From contig OX597837.1 of assembly GCA_951406725.2 (NCBI GenBank), forward strand, positions 40,052,001 to 40,116,000: a stretch of DNA of 64,000 nt. Direction: 5' to 3'. Shown here piece after piece: positions 1-13,389 of this stretch. Made by a program: the position numbers and the translations under genes. The notes under the pieces were generated by a model. That model saw only the letters and a program-made list of their open reading frames with translations. It was not told where the DNA came from and did not search any database. This DNA comes from Octopus vulgaris. Lineage: Eukaryota. Positions within the stretch are counted from its first letter, which is position 1. Every line of letters starts with the position of its first letter.

Positions 1-34
1 TGGATTTCGTAGAGGGGAAACTGAAAGAAGCTCG

Positions 35-100
<66 letters not shown>

Positions 101-104
101 ATGT

Positions 105-215
105 ATAGTAAAAATATTGCTTTCGACCTACATGGTTCCGAGTTCAGTCCGTATAGTCTCGGGCTGACTAAACCCTTGTGAGTGGATTTATTAGAGGGGA
201 AACTGGAAGAAGCCC

Positions 216-270
<55 letters not shown>

Positions 271-484
271 GTGCCTTTTTGTCTGTTTTTGTCCTCTCTT
301 CACCGCTTGACAACGGGTGTTGGTGTGTTTATGTATTCGCAACTTAGCGGTTCGGCAAAAAGAACCGATAGAATGAGTAGTAGGACTTGCAAAATAAGTC
401 CTAGGGTCGATATGTTCTATTAAAACCCTTGAAGGCGCTGCTCCAAAATGGCCGCAGTGAAATGATAGAAACAACTAAAAGAAT
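105..484 (+). mobile_element. SINE family A copy, degenerate; a further fragment lies at 1-100
   Basis: Shares the gtgagtggattt..gaaactg..gaagccc block, the internal (TA)n(TG)n tract and the 3' gctcca..atggccgcagt..gaaaca end with the full copies at 39858 and 59991. Confidence 0.85.
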
Positions 485-488
485 TTAT

Positions 489-604
489 ATATTGGGTCAT
501 CCCATAAAAAATCCGAGTTTTTTTACACGCCTTTTATTCTTCAAAATTAAGATAAACAAAGTTCGTTTTCAATGTGAAATATACTCTCCTTCATTTTGTA
601 CAAT
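489..604 (-). mobile_element. mariner-like DNA transposon 3' end fragment
   Basis: TIR-like ta-ttgggtcatcccataaaaaatccg; the minus strand encodes IVQNEGEYISH*, resembling a mariner transposase C-terminus. Confidence 0.5.
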
Positions 605-992
605 GCGAAATGCTTAACGGTATTTCGTCTGTCTTTACGTTCTGAGTTCAAATTCCACCAAGGTAGACTTAACCTGTCATCCTTTCGGGGTCGATAAATT
701 AAATACCAGTTACGTACTGGGTCGATCTATTCTACTGGCCCCTCCCTCAAAATTTCTAGAGTAGAAAAGATATTTAAGGCGGCGAGCTGGCAGAATTGTT
801 AGCATGCCGGGCGAAATGCCAAACGGTATTTCGCCCATCGCTACATTCTGAGTTCAAATTCCTCCGAGATCGACTTTGCTTTTCATCCTTTAGGTGTCGA
901 TAAATTAAGTACCAGTTGCGTATTGGGGTAGATCTAATCGACTACCCCACTTCCCTCAAATCCCGGGGCTTCTGCTTAGAGTAGAAAAGAAT
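605..992 (+). mobile_element. two tandem SINE family D copies with tail alpha
   Basis: aaggcggcgagctggcagaa head at 776; core gcttttcatccttt..gtcgataaattaagtaccagtt; both copies end in tagagtagaaaaga. Confidence 0.85.
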
Positions 993-1562
993 ATCTAGAC
1001 GAAAAAATAAACAAAACCAAATATATAGTTCTGGTCCAAATTACTTACTTTTAATATGACTTGGGGCATTTAATATAATTCTAATTTTCAGACCTATTTT
1101 CCAAACTGTTGGGCACGGCTGTATATTCCCATTCTCCAATAACTGAATCAGTCGTGTTGCCCATTACTGATAAATCCTCTGCGCAGCTATTGTGCTTGTT
1201 GTAACAATGTCACACTGTTGTCGATGTTTTCTGCAAGAGTGTCGACGGTTACGCCTTTGTACCAAGTATTGGATAACAGTTGACATTCATAAGTTCATAC
1301 GTTCTCTCACAGTTTTCGTTTTTAATTCTGCATGATCTGAAATCACTCGCGTCACTAAGCAAGCTAATGGGCTGGCCAGTTATTAACCGGCGAGCCGACC
1401 ATACATGCACATACATACATACATACATACATACATACATACATACATACATACATACATACATAGATTTATAATGCATGCATGCATACATACATACATA
1501 CATACATGCATGCATGCATGCATACATACATACGTAAATACATATAAACATACATACATACA

Positions 1563-1594
<32 letters not shown>

Positions 1595-1675
1595 AACATA
1601 CTTACATACATGCATGCAAACATACATACATACATACATACATACATACATAAATATGCCTTTATATACAAATAT

Positions 1676-1963
1676 GTGGAGGCACATGGCCTAGTGGATA
1701 GAGCAGCGGACTCGCAGTCGAGGGTTCGAATTTCAGACCGTCAATGATGAAACACCTAAGCTCCACGCGGCTCCGGCAGAAGGTAATGGCGAACTTCTGC
1801 TGACTCTTTCGCCACAACTTTCTCTCACTCTTTCCTCCTGCATCTTGCAGCTCACCTGCGACGGACAGGCCTCGTGTCAAGGTGGGGAGCCTATACACCA
1901 AGGAAACCGCGTAACCGTCCCTTATGAGCGAGGCATGGCTCGAGAAGGAACAAAAAACAAACA
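1676..1963 (+). mobile_element. tRNA-headed SINE family B with tail T3
   Basis: A-box tggcctagtgg and B-box gttcgaatt; 12-bp TSD atatacaaatat at 1664-1675 and 1964-1975. Confidence 0.9.
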
Positions 1964-1974
1964 ATATACAAATA

Positions 1975-2135
<161 letters not shown>

Positions 2136-2266
2136 TATATAACCACATACGTGCATAGGTATACGTATGTTTGTGTATAGGTATCCTAGCATACATATAA
2201 GTACATATACGCAAACATTGCACACTCGCCTATGCGTATGTGCGTGTGTGTGTATGTATGTATGTA

Positions 2267-2314
<48 letters not shown>

Positions 2315-2513
2315 CGTGCGTGTGTGTGCTTTTGCATATTCGTTTCATTTTATTACACATTAGTAACAAGAAATCGCTGGACGGAAACTGATAAATTATT
2401 GAATTAGTGGCAATTGTTCTCCTACTGAGTAAGCACAGAATGATGCCATGCATATTCACACATTCACACATACATAAATGCATACATAAATGCATGCATA
2501 CATATACCCACAC

Positions 2514-2906
<393 letters not shown>

Positions 2907-2969
2907 ACACACATACACACACACATATATATATATGTATATATATCTGTATGTGTGTCTTTGTGTGTA

Positions 2970-3006
<37 letters not shown>

Positions 3007-3697
3007 ATATATATATATATATATATATATCTGTATGTGTGTCTGCGTGTGTGTATGTGTTTGTGTGCGTGTGTGTGTAATATATATATATATATATTTA
3101 TTTATTTATGTTTATATTTTTTGATGGCTCTCTGACATACTAATTACTTTTATTGTGAATCGTACAGGTGTTGCAATGCAACCGCAGAGACATCAATTCT
3201 TCATCTCCCTTTGATATAGTTGTCCGTGGTTGCCATAGAAATGTATAAATTGGTAACATCATCAATGCCGGAACCATGGAATTAAATAAAAATAACCAAC
3301 TTCTTCCTTATTACAGAACTAACAACAAGGCTACAATTTGATGAGAGGTGCTGAATGGACCTCTTATACGGCTTCCAGAAATCCGGAACTTCCCGGAATC
3401 TGGGGATACTGTGCTGTACCTTGCAATATACTGTAGCATGTATTGAGTACACAGACCCTGTTTTTGAAGCTGAATACTTTTTTTCTTTACATTGTAAAGT
3501 AGTTTGATAAAGAATAAACATATTCTGTTTTAGAAGTAAATAAATTTGTCTCCGTATCTGTTAAATAAAATCATGTTTTTCGCTTTTCTTTATTTAATTT
3601 TTCGGCTATAAACATTATGCGGTAGAATGTCGTATATTTTAAGCGGATTAATAGATATGAAGATCCAGACATAGAAGTCTATTAATTTATATCTGTA

Positions 3698-4087
3698 CTA
3701 GCAGTATCGCCCGGCGTTGCTAGGGTTTGTTTCGATTCTTTAGAATTGGAATTTTTGAAAAGTAAAAATTTTGCATTACGTAGTTTGTTATTCTCCTTAA
3801 TTGAACATTTTTTCTGATTGAAGTACACCGAAAAATGGCAACTCAGCAGTCAAAAATTCGTAAAAAATAGAGATTTTCATAGAAAAAAAAGCACCATTTT
3901 GATGTAAATAATTTTTGGTGTTAACATGGTCCGATTTGAATTTATTCTTCTACGGATGGAAGAGCAAGCCTTCTTCTATCATACTCTCAATTTTGGTCAA
4001 CTGGCGACGCAGGGTCACGGAGGAAATAGTGTTAGTTGAAGGCTACCAAACCTTCCACACACACACACAGCTTTATATATATATAGA
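3698..4087 (-). mobile_element. non-autonomous Helitron
   Basis: Minus strand starts TC(TATATATA) and ends in a hairpin-like ccctagcaacgccggg followed by CTAG; inserted between A and T; near-identical copy at 62770. Confidence 0.85.
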
Positions 4088-4479
4088 TGTCCAAATTGTA
4101 ATTGTAATAGAATTTCGAACTGAAAACCTGTTAATGTTGAAGCATCTCAGGGTAAACAATATTCATTGTGTAATTTTATGTCGGTTTCGAAATGAATAAT
4201 TTATTGCTGCTTCCAACTCGCGAGCAAGCAGCGGAGAGTTGGCCGTGAGAAAAGCATGTAGAAGAGAGATCAAGTTCAAGTACCTTGGCGGATTGACCTT
4301 GAGATTTGTTAATTAAAATATCAAAACTTAGTTTGACTGGAAACTAAAGCGTCTAAAATTCAAATGGAGCATCTGTAGGTATGAGACGAATTTTTGGAAT
4401 AAAGACATTTTCTCTTCTGTGACTACCTGCTATGATTGTTTAGGACATGGAAAGCATCTTGGAGATGAACATGATTTTT

Positions 4480-5160
4480 TAGCCCTTAACTTGTTTGGAT
4501 TGTTACGAATGTAGAGGAGACGCTGACTCTCATCTTTAGCATACATATCAACCAGGTGCTGCTGAAATAGATCACGATACATGTGTAAGTGATTTGATTG
4601 TTCTGGTCTTAACATCAGTTGGTAAGAAAAGAAGTCATTTGGAGGAACATGGCCTAGTGGTTAGAGCAGCGGATGCACGGTCGAGGCATCGCGGGTTCGA
4701 ATCTCAGACCGTCAATGTGTGTGTTTATGAGCTAAGCACCTAAGCTCCACGCGGCACCGGCAGAAGGTAATGGCGAACTTCTGCTGACTCTTTCGCCACA
4801 ACTTTCTCTCACTCTTTCCTCCTGCATCTTGCAGCTTACCGGCGTCCCGTCCAAGTGGGGAACCTATACGCCAAGATTTTCTGTCCCCTTTATGTTTAGC
4901 CCCTTGTGTGCAATAAAGAAATAATGAATAGAAGTCATTTGACGACACCTTTTAGTTTATAATTGTTTCTCCTGTTGCAGATTCAACTTGTGGAATATTG
5001 AAATGATACCTGTCTTGTCCATTCTGCAAAATAAGAGAATACTGGAGAGCAGCGTAAGAGAGACGAGTCTCTGAAACATGTTTAAGATTCTTATCTCGAG
5101 CACGAATGAGAATATCCCGACTTTAATGACCGCACATCGTGCGCTCATTAAAACGGCGTA
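4480..5160 (-). pseudogene. Helitron RepHel fragment (helitron_like_N region) interrupted by a SINE
   Basis: With the SINE removed, the translation reads RRFN..RDILIRARDKNLKHVSETRLSYAALQYSLIL..DRYHFNIP..KVSSNDFFSYQLMLR..DLFQQHLVDMYAKDESQRLLYIRNNPNKLRA; these are Helitron Rep motifs, with in-frame stops. Confidence 0.9.
4641..4929 (+). mobile_element. SINE family B with tail T3 truncated and capped by tail beta
   Basis: A and B boxes present; TSD agaagtcattt at 4630-4640 and 4930-4940; ends tttagccccttgtgtgcaataaagaaata. Confidence 0.88.
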
Positions 5161-5263
5161 AAATGTCATTTACTATAATTTACTATAGATGCAACGAACA
5201 CGGAAACACACACGCACTCAGAGACAGACGCTCATACACATATGTGTATGCATGTGTAGATGT

Positions 5264-5296
<33 letters not shown>

Positions 5297-5835
5297 TTTA
5301 ATTGTCTGACGCCTAACATATAAAAATTATCACACATACACCTCTGATTACACTCACATTCATATACTAAAGCAGACATAGATATACATTCACGCATACC
5401 TCAGGCCTATCTTCATCTCTGTGTGTCTGTCCCTCTCTATTTAGGTGTGTGTATGTGTGTATGTATGTGTGTGTGGGTCAGTCGTCACAAAATGTATGTA
5501 TACTGATACACATATACACCCTCACGTACACTCACAAACCCATACTTCTCAGTCATTGGCCTAACGTACGAAACGAACGCGCAAAAACACACACACACTC
5601 ACAGACACATGCAAACTCATATAGAAAATGTGACGTCGTGGTAGTAGTAGTGGTGGTATAAATGTGGTTTACGATAGTTGACTTATAGAAAAGATTATAA
5701 TGTTAAATTTTTGCGATGCAAATATATGTAAATGAAAATGAAATTCATTTGGTAGCCGAAAGGTTACTGAATCTTTTGATATCCCATACGTCTAAATCGG
5801 TAAATAAGTTTTCGAATGCATAAGGAATATACGCA

Positions 5836-5910
<75 letters not shown>

Positions 5911-5927
5911 ACCCACACCCACACATA

Positions 5928-5980
<53 letters not shown>

Positions 5981-5985
5981 TGATA

Positions 5986-6481
<496 letters not shown>

Positions 6482-6854
6482 AACTATGGCAGAATTTGAA
6501 CTGAGAACGTAAATACGGACAAAATGCCGCACAGTACTTTGTCCGTATGTACGCTGACCAATGTTATTTTATACCAACTTCAAATATCAGGCCACAAGTT
6601 GGCAGAACCGTTAGAGCTTCGGGCAAAATGCCTTCTGGCCGAGAATATTCTGTACATCGTCCGTGTTTTATACTTGACACGATGTTCTTAGAAACGTTCC
6701 AAATTGAATTTTGAACGTTAATTAGAGACGTGCCAGCAAGCTTTCTTTTCCCTGCTAAAGTCTACTTCGGAATATATCTCGAGGTTTTTCAGTTAAACAT
6801 ATTTACTAGATGAATCAGGCAGACGTACATATATATATGTGAGTATGCGTGTAT

Positions 6855-6890
<36 letters not shown>

Positions 6891-6987
6891 ACACACATAC
6901 ATACATACACACAAATATATATATGTATGTGTGTATGTATATATATATATATATTTACATATCTGTGTACATACACACTTATATGTA

Positions 6988-7051
<64 letters not shown>

Positions 7052-7145
7052 TATATACATGTATAATATAGAGAGATAGATTCATAAACAGACTGATATA
7101 TATATATATGTATATATATATTTAAACATATATATATATATACAT

Positions 7146-7191
<46 letters not shown>

Positions 7192-7240
7192 ATATACATA
7201 TATATGCATATAAATATATATATAGACAGACAGACAGCCC

Positions 7241-7329
<89 letters not shown>

Positions 7330-7546
7330 GTGATTATTTTTCTGAGGTTAATCAGCTAAAGGTGAATAAATAGCAAGACAAACCGATAATCCGTTGTGTT
7401 TCAATGCAAATTCCTTGCATTGCATTGTCCCTTCCGCCATCTTAACTACACGGAGAATAGAGATTAGCTCGCTATTAGGACCTACCAACAAAGTTCAATG
7501 TAAATCAGAACACACAGACACACAGGCAGACACACACACACACATG

Positions 7547-7686
7547 TTCTCTTATTCTTTTACTTGTTTCAGGCCTTAGACTGCGGCCAGGCTGTAGCAT
7601 CACCTTGCAAGTGTTTAAGATATTTTCGATGTGTAGTACTTATTCTATCAGTTTTTCTCTGAACTGTTGAGCTGTAATTAGACACA

Positions 7687-7734
<48 letters not shown>

Positions 7735-7755
7735 CATACACACACACACACAAAT

Positions 7756-7788
<33 letters not shown>

Positions 7789-8279
7789 TATATATACATG
7801 CATACATATATATATACATATATATTAGGGCAGCGGACTCGCGGTCGTAGGATCGCGGTTTCGATTGCAAGACCGGGCGTTGTGAGTGTTTATTGAGCGA
7901 AAACACCTAAAGCTCCACGAGGCTGCGGCAGGGGATGGTGGTGATCCCTGCTGTACTCTTTCGCCACATCTTTCGCTCACTCTTTCTTCTGTAGGCCTGC
8001 CTGCTTAGCTAGCGGGGTGGCGTCATTTGAAGGCTAAAACAATGCGAAGCGCATTGTGATCAGCGATGTGTAGAACCATCTGATAGCCTGGTCGGTCACG
8101 TGATCACGTGATCTACATTTATATAAACGACAGGCTTCTTTCAGTTTCCGTCTACCAAATCTACTCACAAGGCTTTGGTCGGCCCGAAGCAATTTGCCCA
8201 AGGGTCTGTGGAGTGTGACTGAACCAGGAACCGTGCGGTTGGGAAGCCAACTCATTACCACACAGCCACGCCTGCACCT
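7547..8279 (-). mobile_element. SINE family A copy with a nested SINE-B (tail T1, plus strand, 7825-8111)
   Basis: SINE-A 3' end at 7547 and head at 8130-8279 flank a B element ending ggtcacgtgatcacgtga. Confidence 0.85.
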
Positions 8280-8298
8280 ATGTGTGTGTGTGCGTTTG

Positions 8299-8460
8299 TA
8301 ATAGAATGACGAAAAGTCTGAGAGTTTCGTGCCTTGGCCCTTGTCAAACTAGTCGCAGCTTGAAGGCCTGTTAGTTTGTATACTTACATAGGCCTTAAAC
8401 ATGCAACTAGTTTGGTAAGTGTCAACGCACGAAACTATCAGACTTTGAGTCATTCTATTA
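8299..8460. mobile_element. fold-back (MITE-like) palindrome, about 160 bp
   Basis: taatagaatgacgaaaagtctgagagtttcgtg pairs with cacgaaactatcagactttgagtcattctatta, and pairing continues along essentially the whole length. Confidence 0.85.
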
Positions 8461-8542
8461 GTTCTACTAAATATTAATAAAAATATTCCTATAATTGAGT
8501 TCTGTTTTACCTGTCTGCATCAACATACCTCTCTCTCTCTTC

Positions 8543-8630
<88 letters not shown>

Positions 8631-8658
8631 ATATTTATCTATCTATCTATCGATCTAC

Positions 8659-8850
8659 ATCATGACACTGTGATACACGATCCCTATCGATCGATTTTTT
8701 CTTCTTTTGTTTCTTTTTTTTCTTCTTCTTTCTCTTTTACGATCCCTTTTGGTCGAAAACCTACCCCACCTTTTTTTTCCCAAGAAAGAAAAGCTCTGCT
8801 TTGTAATCTGTCCCGTCTGTGTGCAGTCCTGTGTGGCTATTAAAGAAACA

Positions 8851-8940
<90 letters not shown>

Positions 8941-9170
8941 CCTACCTATCTATTTTTTAAATTTTTATTTTTTTAATTTAATTTAATTTAATTTTTTTTC
9001 TTAATTTTTTTTTGTTCTTCTTTTTCCCTTTTACGATCCCTTTTGATCGAAAACCTACGCCACCTTTTTTTTGTTTCTTTTGTTTTTTGTTTTTTTCATC
9101 CCCCAAAAGAAAAGCTCTACCTTGTAACTTGTCCCATCTGTGTGCAGCCCTGTGTGGCCAATAAAGAAAC

Positions 9171-9171
<1 letters not shown>
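8659..9171 (+). mobile_element. two LINE-like 3' ends (putatively Tx1 clade), each followed by (TCTA)n
   Basis: Repeated tttacgatcccttttg.tcgaaaaccta..aaagctct..ttgtaa..tgtccc.tctgtgtgcag.cctgtgtggc.a.taaagaaac followed by (TCTA)n; the clade assignment is inferred. Confidence 0.6.
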
Positions 9172-9240
<69 letters not shown>

Positions 9241-9273
9241 GTATACATTTTTTCTTATCCCTAAACAATGCAG

Positions 9274-9351
9274 GTTATTCTACTTTACCCTTCTCTTTCA
9301 ACATATCGGGGTCAGGAAATCCTTTCATGAGACCTTCGGTGAAATGTTACA
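9274..9351 (+). CDS. candidate 78-nt phase 1-1 internal exon (xYSTLPFSFNISGSGNPFMRPSVKCY)
   Basis: Pyrimidine tract with ctaaac and tgcag acceptor, gtgagc donor, open frame compatible with the exon at 24192; no homology recognised. Confidence 0.22.
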
Positions 9352-9675
9352 GTGAGCTGACTCATTTGTTTTGTAGTGTTAATATATCACATATTACCAT
9401 CCGTGCGTAGGTTAGAGTTGCTATAGTTTCAAACCAGCAATGGACAGTTTGATGCTGTCGTTTAATACGTGGGCTGTTCTAGCTAATTTAGATGGCTTCG
9501 TTTATTGTGAAATTCCATCTGTTTCGTTCTGTAGCTTCCATGGAAATCGGGACGTGTTAGACGTGGGTGGCATTGCCGTACGGGTTTTTTTTTTATTAAT
9601 AAAAATATTCATATACTTATATCTTGAGTTCTGTTTTACCTGTTTGCATCAATATACCTCTCTCTCTCTCTTTCC

Positions 9676-9759
<84 letters not shown>

Positions 9760-9865
9760 ATATCTATTCATATTAGAATTATTCTGATTATATTCCGATG
9801 TAGAATTTATTATATTTGCTTCATACATGCGATCTTATACCTTGTAGTATCGTATATATTAGTAT

Positions 9866-9901
<36 letters not shown>

Positions 9902-10011
9902 TAAATGGAAATAAACACATTAACGTGTGTTTCGGAATATATATATATATACTTTGTTGGAATGGAATTAGAAAATGAACGCTACACACACGAGAGAGAA
10001 AGAAATAACCC

Positions 10012-10270
10012 GGCGCTCCCTCAGTTACGACGACGAGGGCTCCAGTTGTGTCAAGAGGTTGAGCACACCACGGGCACGTGTATTTGTCCTTGGGGAGACG
10101 GAGTGTGACACAGAATGTGACAAAGTTAGCCCATTCAAATTACAGGTACAACTCATGCTACTCAGCTGAGTGGACTAGAGTAGCATGACATGAAGTGACT
10201 TGCTCAAGGACACAACGTGCCGCCAGGAATCGAACCCACAACCTCACAATAATGAGCCGAATACCCTAAG
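10012..10270 (-). mobile_element. SINE family C (CORE-like body) with tail T2
   Basis: Minus strand reads ggttcgattcc, gtgtccttgagcaagtcactt..agtccactcagctg, then gttgtacctgta..ccctcgtcgtcgtaac. Confidence 0.8.
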
Positions 10271-10430
10271 TGAGAGATGGAAGGTGGGGAGTAAACGGCA
10301 GAGTAGATATGACATGTAATTGGTGTATTTAATTTGTGTTTTATTTAATTTGTTTTCTTTAATTTGTTATATTTAGTTTTCGCTTAATTTAATTTTCATT
10401 TTAGCTATATATATATATATATATATTTTT

Positions 10431-10839
10431 TTCTCTCTTTTACTTGTTTCAGTCATTTGACTGCGGCCATGCTGAATCACCGCCTTTAGTCGAGCAAGTC
10501 GACCCCGGGACTTATTCTTTGTAAGCCTAGTACTTATTCTATCGGTCTCTTTTGCAGAACCGCTAAGTTACGGGGACGTAAACACACCAGCATCGGTTGT
10601 CAAGCGATGTTGGGAGGCCAAACACAGACACACAAACATATACACATACATACATATATATATATATACATATATACGACGGGCTTCTTTAAGTTTCCGT
10701 CTACCAAATTCACTCACAAGAATTTGGTCAGCCCTAGGCTATAGTAGAAGACACTTGCCCAAGATGCCACGCAGTGGGACTGAACCCGGAACCATGTGGT
10801 TGGTAAGCAAGCTACTTACCACACAGTCGCTCCTGTGCC

Positions 10840-10840
<1 letters not shown>
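10431..10840 (-). mobile_element. SINE family A, full length
   Basis: Colinear with the copies at 39858 and 59991. Confidence 0.93.
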
Positions 10841-10891
<51 letters not shown>

Positions 10892-11547
10892 TACAAATAT
10901 ATATAAAGCATATTTGATAAATGTGTTAAATATTTATTGTGTGTATTCCAAATATTTTGTCATTCATTGTGACAAAATTTTTCCTTCGAAACGAACTCAT
11001 TATACAAGCAGAGAACATTCTATTTATTACATATTTGTAATCGATTTTATGACATAATTTAAGCATTCGATTACAGCATGGAGTATGTTTAGAGATGTGG
11101 AAATCAAGAGATAACGCGTATATCGATGAATTAGCAACGGTAGAAATGAAGACTAATACGGAATAATATAGATGTCATTTATATGAAATAAAAAGAAATA
11201 TTCGGAACGGAATTTCCATTATTTGTGTCAATGAAGCAGCAATTTATGAGTAGTTCCAGGGATGACAGAACCAATCAATGGTTATTTAAATATTCATAGA
11301 ACAATTATTGGCGTCAGGATGGAATTATGGAAGACTAATATAAGGTCTGGTATTTGACATTATTAAAAGTAATAAAATGTACGAAACAAAACCACCAGCA
11401 TTTGGCATATATACATACATACATATATATACATATACACACACACACAAACCACCAGCATTTGGTACATATATATATACATACATACAAACACAAACAC
11501 ACACACACATATATACACATACATAGATATATACATGTATCTGTCTA

Positions 11548-11590
<43 letters not shown>

Positions 11591-11715
11591 ATACATATAA
11601 ACATATATATCAATATATATATATATACATACATACATATATATATATACACATGTATATGTATGTATTTGCGTTCATATGCACACACATATATTCACAC
11701 ACACACACATACATA

Positions 11716-11781
<66 letters not shown>

Positions 11782-11814
11782 TGTACATGTATATATACAT
11801 ATAGATGTACATAC

Positions 11815-11852
<38 letters not shown>

Positions 11853-11854
<2 letters not shown>

Positions 11855-12016
11855 TATTATATAGAAGGATACAGGACTAGTACTGTTTCATTCAAGAGAA
11901 ATCTTCAGGAGCTTCCTGAAGATTTCTCATGAAACATACTATATAATAAATTAATTTTACTCTGCTATGTATTGAGTACCTTACTTACTGTGGTTAACCC
12001 CGAATCAACCCGGGAT
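11853..12016. mobile_element. hammerhead-bearing Penelope-like non-autonomous element, inverted pair
   Basis: A minus copy (11853-11910) abuts a plus copy (11911-12016) of the element seen at 53976; flanked by (TA)n. Confidence 0.7.
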
Positions 12017-12239
12017 ACATATATATATATATATATATATTAGGAGAGACAGTGAAACATACATATATGTATGCATATTTAGAGAAAGTTAGTTATGGCC
12101 GATCCATATGGTTAGCCACTCTTTTGCCCGTCCATAATGCTCTTAGCTTTACAACGTCGCATCAGAACCTATAGCTATCTTTATCTAAATAATCTGCAGT
12201 ACTATAATTTAGAGTGACCTTCTCTTTCGGACTTAGGAT

Positions 12240-12271
<32 letters not shown>

Positions 12272-12515
12272 AGGCTTGCAGAACTGTCGTCTAAATTACG
12301 CAAATGTTGTTCTGTGTGTTCAGCACCTGCTCATGCTGGAGCTTCTGGCGCGAATGCCAAACAGTACAGCATGTTTCGATATTTATGGCAGGATGAATTG
12401 CTTCATGGTGCTCATTTCCTAAGACGGTGCTCAACTGACCCTACTATACTGTGGAGATAAGAAAATGCTATTATACTGTGGCGACAATTTACCCATCACA
12501 GCGTGTATATATATA

Positions 12516-12622
<107 letters not shown>

Positions 12623-12922
12623 TTGTGTGTGTATTGTGTGTGTATTATGTATGTATGCATGTATGCATGTATGCATAAATATGTGTATACATACTATGTA
12701 TATATATTTAAATATGTATATATGTGAATACATATATGCATACATGCATACATACATAATACACACACAATACACACACAAACACATACACATATAATAA
12801 CGGATAAAATCGTTCAAAATTTTATTCGTGGCCAGCATATAAAATAGGCCTAATTATGTAAATTCATATATGGAGATTTATAATAGAATAAAATACAATT
12901 ATAATTAACGACACAGACAGGA

Positions 12923-13069
12923 CCATACCTATGCTAAAAATAGACGCTAAATCGTCCAACTCTAAATCAAGCTCTAAATCATCACTTTTACAATACACAC
13001 ATGTTGAAAGCTTTCGACATGTGTGTATCAGAATGGACGATTTAGCATCTATTTTCAGCATAGGCATGG
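12923..13069. mobile_element. fold-back element with 36-bp arms and a central palindrome
   Basis: ccatacctatgctaaaaatagacgctaaatcgtcca pairs with tggacgatttagcatctattttcagcataggcatgg; centre atacacacatgttgaaag/ctttcgacatgtgtgtat. Confidence 0.85.
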
Positions 13070-13070
13070 C

Positions 13071-13145
<75 letters not shown>

Positions 13146-13389
13146 CATGTTCCCGTTTTGTCTCAGCCATTAGACTCCAGACATGCTGGGGTAACGCGCT
13201 GAATGGTTTACTCTTTAAAGAAATCGACTTTGGTACTTTTAAAAAAATATTCTGCTTCAAACTTTTATTGAACACTTAAATTAAACAAGCGTAAACAAAC
13301 CAACACCGGTGGTCAAGTGACGGATGGAAAAATACAAACACTCACCCCTCCCACACTCACAAAAATGTATGTGTGTACGTACGTATATA

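Noticed and set aside
3168-3248. Possible exon VLQCNRRDINSSSPFDIVVRGCHRN with a Ly6-like VVRGC
   Set aside because: Weak acceptor, no convincing donor, and all three frames hit stops quickly
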